DNA of 64,000 nucleotides, from assembly GCA_035576605.1 (NCBI GenBank), contig DATLWF010000196.1, positions 9,430 through 73,429 on the forward strand, in the 5' to 3' direction. The stretch is from Blastocatellia bacterium (GTDB taxonomy: Bacteria; Acidobacteriota; Blastocatellia; UBA7656). The position numbers were made by a program, and so were the translations under genes. Shown piece by piece: positions 9,009 to 17,012 of the stretch. The notes beneath the pieces were generated by a model. It worked only from the letters and a program-made list of their open reading frames with translations, did not search any database and had not been told where the DNA came from. Every line of letters begins with the position of its first letter. The stretch's first letter is position 1.

Positions 9009-9791
9009 CTAAAAGCGTTCGCCGATAGCAGTTGTGGCAAAGGCAAGTGGGCGATCGAAAGTCAATTCCGCCTTTTCAATTTCAGGCAAGATCTCGCTAA
9101 TCGCTCGGTCGTAGTCCTCGGGAAAATCAATTTCGATCCAGGGCAATCCGCGCGTGCCGATGGCGTGCAGCGGCCGGACACGAGCAAATTCGCGGAATGC
9201 CCGCGGCGCCCATTCCCGGTCTGTTCCTTTCGCGATCAGCATCCCCATTTGTCTCGTGAGAATCGCGGCGCCGCGCGAACCGAATTTTACAATGCCGACA
9301 TTCTCACCATCTGCCTCATCGGGATTAATCGCTTTGCTTATGTCCACAACCCGTCCCGCTCTAACTTTGACCTTCATTTCTTCGTCTCCAAACCGAGCGG
9401 TTGTCTCGTCTTTATAGGCAATCAACAGCGCGTCCTCATAACGAGCGGTCAGCAGGTCAGTAATCAGTTGTGGGTGATAGAGCACGTCTGAGTTCAGAAC
9501 CACGAACCCATCGACAAGCCGATGTCTTGCAAGCCAGAGCGAGTAGAGGCTGCTTGTGCGGAAGAAGATAGGATTCTCGATATACTCGATATCAGGCCCG
9601 CACTCCCTTCGCACTGTGTCGGCGGAGAACCCGACCACTGCGCTTATGTGGTCGATGCCGGACTCACGAAGCGTCACAATCTGACGCTCGATGAGCGAGA
9701 GCGCTCCGACCCTTGCGAGGCACTTCGGCTTATCGCCGGCGACTCCTCTCAACCGTGATCCTTTGCCTGCTGCAAGAATGATCGCGTTCAT
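9009..9791 (-). CDS. Sugar/polyol-phosphate nucleotidyltransferase (LicC/TarI/IspD-like cytidylyltransferase fold)
   Basis: N-terminal MNAIILAAGKGSRL nucleotide-binding motif. C-terminal LPWIEIDFPEDYDRA. RBS AAGGAG upstream of ATG 9791. Confidence 0.7.
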   Translation of the reverse strand: MNAIILAAGKGSRLRGVAGDKPKCLARVGALSLIERQIVTLRESGIDHISAVVGFSADTVRRECGPDIEYIENPIFFRTSSLYSLWLARHRLVDGFVVLNSDVLYHPQLITDLLTARYEDALLIAYKDETTARFGDEEMKVKVRAGRVVDISKAINPDEADGENVGIVKFGSRGAAILTRQMGMLIAKGTDREWAPRAFREFARVRPLHAIGTRGLPWIEIDFPEDYDRAISEILPEIEKAELTFDRPLAFATTAIGERF

Positions 9792-9806
9792 CTGTGTTCC
9801 AGCTCC

Positions 9807-11384
9807 TTAAGCGGCCGCGGCCGCACTCGCTCGTTTCAAGAGCTCTCTTACCTTCGCGAAATACCACTGTCTCTCTTCGCGATCGATTGCCAGCATTAGA
9901 AATACCGCCAGGTAGATTAATCCAGCGGTTATTGCCTGAAGAGCGATCGCAGGGAGATTCACGCTGATGACGTTTCGGGTGATCGCGAGAAACGACGCCA
10001 TAACGACTAACGGCCAGAGCGGAGGGAAGATTGCGGTCTTCAGGGCCTCACGCGTACTCAACTGCACTCTCCGGCAAGCCGCCGGGAACAGCACGAAGAT
10101 AGATACGGAACCCACCGCGATCAGAGTGCCAAGCGCTACGCCAATCAACCCAAGATGGCGAACCAGAACAATGCTCATGGCCAGGTTTGCAAGGGCGATT
10201 AACAGGTTCGATGTCGCCAGCAGCCTGTGTTGACCGGCGCCTTTCAGCAATGTCGTCGCTGTTGAATTCCCCACGCGGATTGCAACCGCAATAGTCAGAA
10301 TGTGAATGATGGGCACGCTGCCTGCAAAGTCAGGTCCCACCCACGCCAATACCAGAGGCTCGGCAAGCAGGCTCAAACCGGTCGCAATGGGAACAACCAT
10401 CGCCAGCGATATGCGAGTGCCCTGTATGAACAATTGTCGCAGCCGGTCAGCTTGCCCAACGGTGGCGGTATCCACAATGATCGGAAACATGGCTCCGTTC
10501 AATTGGCCGGTGACGATCTGGACTGCCTCAATCAACCGCTGTGCGACTGCCCAAATCGCAATCGAGACGGTGCCCATAAAGGCGCCTATCACTATCGCAT
10601 CTGTTGAGTAGTTAACCTTGTTTGCAAGGTCAATCAATAATATGAAGGCGCTAAACCCGGTGACCTCGCGCAGTCGCGCCAGCCGCACGTTAGACAGGCG
10701 AATTCGCAAACCGGGATAGGCCCGGTAGGCGTTTAACGCATAGCCGATATGACTCAGCGCACGAATCGTTGTAGTTGCAGCGACCAGTTCCACGAGGCCG
10801 TATCCGCCCAGGAGCACCGCTACATTGACACACGCCACCACGATGCTGGTCGAGATGGATACGGAGCCGTTAAGATAGTGGCGCTGAAACCCGTTTACGA
10901 TTCCACCGAACACGCTGACGGGAAAGCCAAGCGCGACGTAGGCGCTGATTATTAGCAGAACCTGTCGGCCGATATCGGCTTGTGCCGGGGTTATGTTGAA
11001 AAACTTTTGCAGATTGAAAGCCAAGAAGGCGCCGATTGCAAAGGCAATCAGTCCTATGACGCAGAATCCCAGAAAGAGACTGCTCACAATTTGATTGAGG
11101 CCTTCACTGTCACGGCGAGCGCGGTACTCCGATGCGAATTTCACCTGAGCGACCCCATACCCGAGGTCTAGCATGGAAAAGTACGCTGTTACGGAGGCGA
11201 CGAGAACCCATAGCCCGTAGGTAGACGGTCCCAGGCGTCCCATATTGAAAGGGAGCATCACCGCGCCGATCAGGACGTCAACCCCAAGGGCAACATAGTC
11301 CATCGAGATGTTTCGGGCGAAGATGTCGAGCTGATTGAACTCGCGCCCCCATACCGGATCGCCTTCGGCTCTGGCCTTGCTCAC
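9807..11384 (-). CDS. Polysaccharide biosynthesis membrane protein, Wzx/PST (MOP superfamily) flippase-like
   Basis: 525 aa, about 12 hydrophobic segments throughout. GTG start at 11384 overlaps the stop of the upstream GT2 (GTGA); an alternative ATG lies 27 codons in. Confidence 0.65.
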   Translation of the reverse strand: MSKARAEGDPVWGREFNQLDIFARNISMDYVALGVDVLIGAVMLPFNMGRLGPSTYGLWVLVASVTAYFSMLDLGYGVAQVKFASEYRARRDSEGLNQIVSSLFLGFCVIGLIAFAIGAFLAFNLQKFFNITPAQADIGRQVLLIISAYVALGFPVSVFGGIVNGFQRHYLNGSVSISTSIVVACVNVAVLLGGYGLVELVAATTTIRALSHIGYALNAYRAYPGLRIRLSNVRLARLREVTGFSAFILLIDLANKVNYSTDAIVIGAFMGTVSIAIWAVAQRLIEAVQIVTGQLNGAMFPIIVDTATVGQADRLRQLFIQGTRISLAMVVPIATGLSLLAEPLVLAWVGPDFAGSVPIIHILTIAVAIRVGNSTATTLLKGAGQHRLLATSNLLIALANLAMSIVLVRHLGLIGVALGTLIAVGSVSIFVLFPAACRRVQLSTREALKTAIFPPLWPLVVMASFLAITRNVISVNLPAIALQAITAGLIYLAVFLMLAIDREERQWYFAKVRELLKRASAAAAA

Positions 11385-12487
11385 TTTGCCCCCGCCCTCT
11401 GCGCTGAAGCACTCGGCTCGATCGATTGTGCTGTTGAGGAGGAGTTTTGCCTGGTCACATATACATCTGGCGGAACCCGGTCACCGCCCGCGAGCGAAAC
11501 ATCGACTGCGTTGCCGGTCGCTCCGTCGCGTTTGCGATCCTTAAATCGCTGCCTGACAATGCCCGCGAAGAACCACAACCAAAGCTCATGCTCGAATGCA
11601 GCCACCCGATCACGATGCACCTCGGCGCTAATCATGCTCTTGAACGCTCGTAGAGAAGACCGATACATATAGCGCGGGACGCCACCTATATGCGGGACTC
11701 TCGAGTAATCGAGACTTGTTTCTTCCGGCGCCTCCATATCGACTCTTGATTGCGCATAAAGCATCGCACGACTTACGCCGTGCCAATAGAACCACCGACG
11801 AAAATACCGTTTAGTCAGTCGGTCTGCCGGGATGATGTGGTGGACTGTCATTTCGGGGGCATAGAAACCCGCGAGGCCGGCCGCCCGCGCTCTCAGTCCC
11901 CACTCGCGCACTTCTTGACCGAGCAAAGTGCCGGCCTTGCGACCTACACGGTTGTCCCACAATCCGGCGCGCTCGAACGCTTCTCGGCGAAAAGCTATGT
12001 TCACGCCGAGGGGCATCAGCCTGCTAAACTCGAATGGCTCGGCGCCATAGTCGAGCAAGGCGATAACCGCCCAGTGGCGTCCGCCGCGGTTAGGAAGCCA
12101 ACGCGGCCGGGGCGCGCCCCAGATCGGCAATACCTTGCCGCCTACATAATCGCAATCGAGGCGCTCCAGTGCTTCACCAGCACGATCAAGCCAGTCCTTT
12201 TCCACGCGAACGTCGTCATCCGTAGTAACGATGATCTCGCCACTTGAAGCGCGAATGCCCGCGTTCAAGGCAGCGCACCGTCCCTGCTCCGGCTCGAAGA
12301 CATACCGCAACGGAACCGGAAACCACTGCTGAGCTTCCCGAACAACCGCGTGGGTGTGGTCCGATGAGTTGTTATCCACGGTTATCACTTCCCACTTGTC
12401 TCGCGTCGACACCGCTGCAATGCTGCGGAGCGTCTGTTCCAGGTCGCTGGCGCGATTGTACGTAGCTATGACAACCGAGAATTTCAT
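11381..12487 (-). CDS. Glycosyltransferase family 2
   Basis: MKFSVVIATYNR...VITVDNNSSD...DDD motif arrangement typical of GT2. Confidence 0.8.
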   Translation of the reverse strand: MKFSVVIATYNRASDLEQTLRSIAAVSTRDKWEVITVDNNSSDHTHAVVREAQQWFPVPLRYVFEPEQGRCAALNAGIRASSGEIIVTTDDDVRVEKDWLDRAGEALERLDCDYVGGKVLPIWGAPRPRWLPNRGGRHWAVIALLDYGAEPFEFSRLMPLGVNIAFRREAFERAGLWDNRVGRKAGTLLGQEVREWGLRARAAGLAGFYAPEMTVHHIIPADRLTKRYFRRWFYWHGVSRAMLYAQSRVDMEAPEETSLDYSRVPHIGGVPRYMYRSSLRAFKSMISAEVHRDRVAAFEHELWLWFFAGIVRQRFKDRKRDGATGNAVDVSLAGGDRVPPDVYVTRQNSSSTAQSIEPSASAQRAGAK

Positions 12488-12554
12488 GATTTTACGCGTC
12501 TTACGAAATCCAATACGGAGGTCGCGCCAGTCTCTTCAAGCTGTGTCCAACCGG

Positions 12555-13742
12555 TTAGGTAAACTGCGTGGCAACGGCCGCCCGAGCTAGTGGATAGCGC
12601 GGGCTGGCGGTTGTTTCGGGCTCTCGTCTGATATTATCGCGGCTCCCCGCAGTCTCACTGATACTCATTTCCAGAGTCCTGCTGAACGCATGGAGAAATG
12701 GTATGTATTGACCGGCTCCGAGCTCTACATCGCGGATGACAGCGTCAAACAGCTGGCGATAGTGGGTCACCAGCGAATTGGAGATTCCAATCCTCCGAGC
12801 GATGGTCGTTTGTGACGGAGATGAGAGATCGAAGTAACAATACCAGGCGACTCGCGCCAGCCGGCTGTATCGACGCGGCTTGTGTCTAACCACTTCTCGC
12901 ATCTTATCCAACAGTTCCACGGCAATCGCCTCGGCCTGCTGGTTAGTTTCGTTTTCGAGAAGTCGCTGCTCAGGCGTTGGTCTCTGGTCAGGAAAATCCA
13001 CCTTGAGTGGTTCCGGGTCCGAGACGGCGTCAGGCGTTACCGCTGCATCAATGGAAACAAACCGCGAATCTTCCACCGGCAGCTTGGACAACGCCAGAGA
13101 TCTTACAATTCGAACATCCAGCGGCGAGTCCACCGCCCTGAATATCTCGACTAAGAGATCAGTCAGATCCCGATTCGAAATAATTATGTGCGAGCTGCCG
13201 CCCCTTCCCGCTCGCCTCCGGTCACGTCCTCTATAAGCAACGTCCTTTAGCAAATCCTCCATGTTTTGATGGGCCCTTGTCGGCTTGTCGTCAGGCCATT
13301 CTCTCAACCCGAAAACCCTCGTGCTTAACTTGCCCTCGGAGTGGTTGGCTCCAAGTGTGCGCCGATATCTGCGAAACTCAGCGCTGGTTTGGACCAGATT
13401 GCTGATGCGGCGCGCCATCCGGTACGCTTCCGGCTGTCGCTCGCGCAACAGCAGCGAAACCAGGTTGGGAACTTCAATATGGTAAAGTTCATGCTCAATA
13501 TTCGCATTCGAATAGCCGGCGTCTACGTAATGCCGCCAGCGATCCTTCCGGTGGAGCTTTAGGAATAGATCTTGAGTCACATCCGCGTTCAGATCCTGTA
13601 GCCGTGCGCGCGCGATTCTGTCTGAGTTGAACAGAGTCCTGATTGACGAATGTCTCGATACTAACTTGAACAGTTTGTCCCACAATGCTGCAGCGTCATT
13701 GTCGGTAAGAATTTCAATCCAGCCCCTTGCTTGCTCGTTCAT
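12555..13742 (-). CDS. Hypothetical regulator: N-terminal sigma-70 region-2-like segment and C-terminal HTH separated by a long insert
   Basis: N-terminus WIEILTDNDAAALWDKLFKLV...DVTQDLFLKL resembles ECF sigma region 2. C-terminus TTIARRIGISNSLVTHYRQ is HTH-like. About 200 aa of basic/low-complexity sequence lie between. Confidence 0.35.
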   Translation of the reverse strand: MNEQARGWIEILTDNDAAALWDKLFKLVSRHSSIRTLFNSDRIARARLQDLNADVTQDLFLKLHRKDRWRHYVDAGYSNANIEHELYHIEVPNLVSLLLRERQPEAYRMARRISNLVQTSAEFRRYRRTLGANHSEGKLSTRVFGLREWPDDKPTRAHQNMEDLLKDVAYRGRDRRRAGRGGSSHIIISNRDLTDLLVEIFRAVDSPLDVRIVRSLALSKLPVEDSRFVSIDAAVTPDAVSDPEPLKVDFPDQRPTPEQRLLENETNQQAEAIAVELLDKMREVVRHKPRRYSRLARVAWYCYFDLSSPSQTTIARRIGISNSLVTHYRQLFDAVIRDVELGAGQYIPFLHAFSRTLEMSISETAGSRDNIRREPETTASPRYPLARAAVATQFT

Positions 13743-14109
13743 TCCTGTTTCCCACTACTATGAGTTGATCTTGAACCGTCCACCATCGATTACTATCCGA
13801 TGTGCTTACGGGTAGGAAGCAAAAGTAGTGCCGTCAAGTTGGCTTACTCCCCCGGGGAAACCTACCGATGTGCCGGTTGAAGTCATCAATTTTTTCAATT
13901 ACAAATTTCTCGGGTGTTGTGCGAGATATGAACAGATACCCTTGCTCCTTACTAAGGAAAAGCTCTCGATCGCAGTTCGGCTCGGCGGAACGTCACGCTC
14001 GACGAAACTAGACTCCAGTGAGACTCCGATGAAGCACCTGCCAAAACAGGAGGCTCGCTCAGGTCCGACCGGCGAACTGTCTTAATTCACTTCGAGGCGG
14101 TGTACTGAA

Positions 14110-14979
14110 TTATGTAATGGAACCGGCCACCTGACCGTAGACAGGAAGGTCGGGGCGCGAGAGATCACTCGGCGTGATGTCCAGAGCTTCGATCACGTCG
14201 GCTATTATGTCGCGGAAAATCGTCGCCTGGCCCGCAGCGTAACCATACAACAGCGCGTTATCGCAGATGTTATTGATCACCCGCGGTATTCCGGCGGACG
14301 CCAGGCCGATCAATTCGATTGAGGACGGATCAAAGATATTGACCCGCCCAGCTCCGGCAATCCTCAGTCTGAAGCGAATGTAGTTATTGATCTCGTACAA
14401 ATATAGCGGCCTGATTGAACAGCGCAGCGATACCCGCTGCTTAAGCTGTCGCAGTCCGGGCTGATTCAGAATCTCCCGAAGCTCGGGCTGGCCGCAAAGA
14501 ACTATTTGCAAGAGCTTTTCGCTGTTTGTCTCAAAATTCGCCAGTAGCCGCACCTCTTCCAGCACGGCCGGCGAGAGCCCGTGCGCCTCATCTATGATCA
14601 GAACAGTGCGCAAACCGCGTGAGTGTCGTTGCGCCAGACAGGCGCCTATTGCATTCAAGAGGTCTGCCTTCGAAGCGGTTGAGCCGAGACCGAGATTGAG
14701 ACCGCCTGAGAGGAGTTGGAAAAACTCTGCGACCGTCACGAACGGATTGAATAAGTACACTGATAGAATGTCTGGACCGAATTGCTGCAGAACCGACCGC
14801 AAGGTGGTCGTCTTACCTGTGCCGACTTCGCCCGTGACGACCGCGAGCCCTTTGCTCTGTGATATACAATATTTCAGATTTGACACTACCTCCAGATGGC
14901 TGTCGGTTTTGTAGATGAACTTTGGATTTGGGGTTAATCCAAACGGTATCTCTTTGAGCCCATAAAACTCCGTGTACAT
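14110..14979 (-). CDS. ExeA/GspA-like AAA ATPase (PEP-CTERM locus secretion-ATPase type)
   Basis: MYTEFYGLKEIPFGLTPNPKFIY N-terminus, Walker A VTGEVGTGKTT, Walker B VLIIDEAH. ATG 14979 directly follows the upstream kinase-like gene's TAG (14980-14982). Confidence 0.8.
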   Translation of the reverse strand: MYTEFYGLKEIPFGLTPNPKFIYKTDSHLEVVSNLKYCISQSKGLAVVTGEVGTGKTTTLRSVLQQFGPDILSVYLFNPFVTVAEFFQLLSGGLNLGLGSTASKADLLNAIGACLAQRHSRGLRTVLIIDEAHGLSPAVLEEVRLLANFETNSEKLLQIVLCGQPELREILNQPGLRQLKQRVSLRCSIRPLYLYEINNYIRFRLRIAGAGRVNIFDPSSIELIGLASAGIPRVINNICDNALLYGYAAGQATIFRDIIADVIEALDITPSDLSRPDLPVYGQVAGSIT

Positions 14980-16653
14980 CTATCGTTCCCCCAGTCGAAA
15001 ATATCTACTGTCGGTATCCCCATACCGGCGCAAATACCGTGTAGGCCGCCGCCATTTGGCCTTGCCCTGGCGAAGGCGCTGCGACGTAGATGACGGTCTC
15101 GCGACAGGTTGCGGACGAACCGCGGCTCTTGCCTGAGTCGTGGCGCCCTGAGCGTTAGCCGGCTTGGCCTCCTGGTGTGTTTCGGCAGGCGGCTGATGGT
15201 CGCCGGCAGGCGGCGGACTGGTGACTACCGGCTTTTCTCCCGTTCCCTTGGAAGAGGGCAGGGCCGCCGTGCGATCGATGCCGGCATCGCTGCCCTCGGC
15301 CGTCGGTTCCGAAACTGTCCGATTTGGGAACCTGGAACGGTCAGCGCGTGCGAGTATTAATATCCCGATTAATGCCGCAATCGCCATCGCTAGGACCAGC
15401 ATCACCGGTCTCCATTGACTGCGTAATGCGAACGTCGAGCTTAGTTCATGGCTTAGCAGCACATCGCGTGGTGTTTCGAGGCGCTCATTCGAAGGCGGAT
15501 CTGGTTCTCTTTCCTCATCTACGGTCTCGGTCCCCAGATCCAGGGTATGAACCTGATCAACCGGCGACTCGATCACCCTGATCGACGGCGGCTCCCACGG
15601 TTCACGGCTCGCGCCATCCAAGAGGCTCTCCAGTTCGATAGGACTTTGGTCGTCTTCGTATCCAATGTCCAACGGTTGCGACTCACAACCATCGCTCCAG
15701 CCCGCCATGGTAGGAGGTTGACTTGTCGAGCGGTCCAGCGCCTCACGGAAGGAAGTCACATCTTGAAATCGTTTGTTGGGGTCTTTTTCAAGCATGCGCG
15801 TGATAATCGCCGACAACGAAAACGGGATATCCGAGCAATAAAGATGTGGTGCCCGGGGCGAATGGGTCACATGCCTTTGCCTGACAGTGTCAGGGTCTTC
15901 CGAATCTACCGGCAGCCGATCGGTGAGCATCTGGTAGAAGACGACTCCCAGGGAATACAGATCGCTGCGCGCATCGAGCGCTTCTCCACGTGCCTGTTCG
16001 GGACTGATATAGTGCAAGGGACAGGCGCTGGCGCGCTCTTTGTGCGCCCAGGCAAGATCGCCACGGGCCTCCACCCCGAAGTCGGATAGCAAGGCTGCGC
16101 CATCCGTGCCAATTAGAACGTTTTCGGGATGAACGCTGAGGTGGAGAACCCCGAGCGAATGGGCATAGTCGAGCGCATCGGCGATCTGTAGAACGATTCC
16201 TAGTGCGAGCCCAAGGTCAAGCCAGCCCCGGCGGTCCAGCAACATTTTTAATGTCTCGACGTCGGGCCGACGCTCCAAAATTGAGAAATGTGTGCCGTTG
16301 ATCTCCTGAGGTCCGCTTGATCTGACAATATTGCGGTGCGATAGCCTTGCGGCCGCTGATGCCTCCAGACGAAACAACTCTAGTCGCCTTAGATCGTCAC
16401 CGTGCGCATGCAGGACCTTTAAGGCTACCGGTCTATCATCGCGCCGATCGCGTCCATGGTAGACGGCAATACCGCCCCGATCGCTCACCAAACTGAGACA
16501 ATCGAATCTACTGGACAAAACCTCGGTAGTATCGCACTCGGTAGTATCGCAGACGCTTCCACCATTGGTAGGCGTTTTTGAGACAGGTGCCAGGGCGCTA
16601 GCCAAGTTCGGATCGTTGGTGCCGGCTGCTTTTTGGAGTTCAAACCCGCTCAT
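14980..16653 (-). CDS. Membrane-anchored Hanks-type Ser/Thr protein kinase-like protein, predicted pseudokinase
   Basis: Kinase subdomains present: ALKVL (beta3 Lys), LSDFG, SPEQ, DLYSLGVVFYQMLT. The catalytic loop reads GVLHLSVHPENVLI instead of HRDLKPEN; Ser codon AGC at 16135-16137 replaces the catalytic Asp. One TM segment PVMLVLAMAIAALIGILILA, then a Pro/Ala-rich C-terminal tail. Confidence 0.75.
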   Translation of the reverse strand: MSGFELQKAAGTNDPNLASALAPVSKTPTNGGSVCDTTECDTTEVLSSRFDCLSLVSDRGGIAVYHGRDRRDDRPVALKVLHAHGDDLRRLELFRLEASAAARLSHRNIVRSSGPQEINGTHFSILERRPDVETLKMLLDRRGWLDLGLALGIVLQIADALDYAHSLGVLHLSVHPENVLIGTDGAALLSDFGVEARGDLAWAHKERASACPLHYISPEQARGEALDARSDLYSLGVVFYQMLTDRLPVDSEDPDTVRQRHVTHSPRAPHLYCSDIPFSLSAIITRMLEKDPNKRFQDVTSFREALDRSTSQPPTMAGWSDGCESQPLDIGYEDDQSPIELESLLDGASREPWEPPSIRVIESPVDQVHTLDLGTETVDEEREPDPPSNERLETPRDVLLSHELSSTFALRSQWRPVMLVLAMAIAALIGILILARADRSRFPNRTVSEPTAEGSDAGIDRTAALPSSKGTGEKPVVTSPPPAGDHQPPAETHQEAKPANAQGATTQARAAVRPQPVARPSSTSQRLRQGKAKWRRPTRYLRRYGDTDSRYFRLGER

Positions 16654-17012
16654 TAGGCGTTCACCTATCGGTCGAACGTGACCGGTACGTGTCGATTGTG
16701 AGACAGCGATAGTTGCTTGAAAAGTCCTATACCTACTGGAATAGCTACCCGACGGTCCAGGACGAAAGATCCGTTTGCTGGTGGGATGTTGCCTTCATAA
16801 TCCCGGACTCGTAGGCTATCTAAACCCATCACCCTTTCTTATATCCGTAATCAACTGAAACCTACAAAAAGCGTACGCGCCGCGTGCACCGGGCGTCGCC
16901 GCACTCGCGGTTCAGCAAGCCGGTTTTTGCGAGCGCTCGCGCGTGCGCTATCGTGTTGACGGCACACATAAACCAGAGGATGTCCGATTATCTTGCACAA
17001 AGGGGCCGGGTT

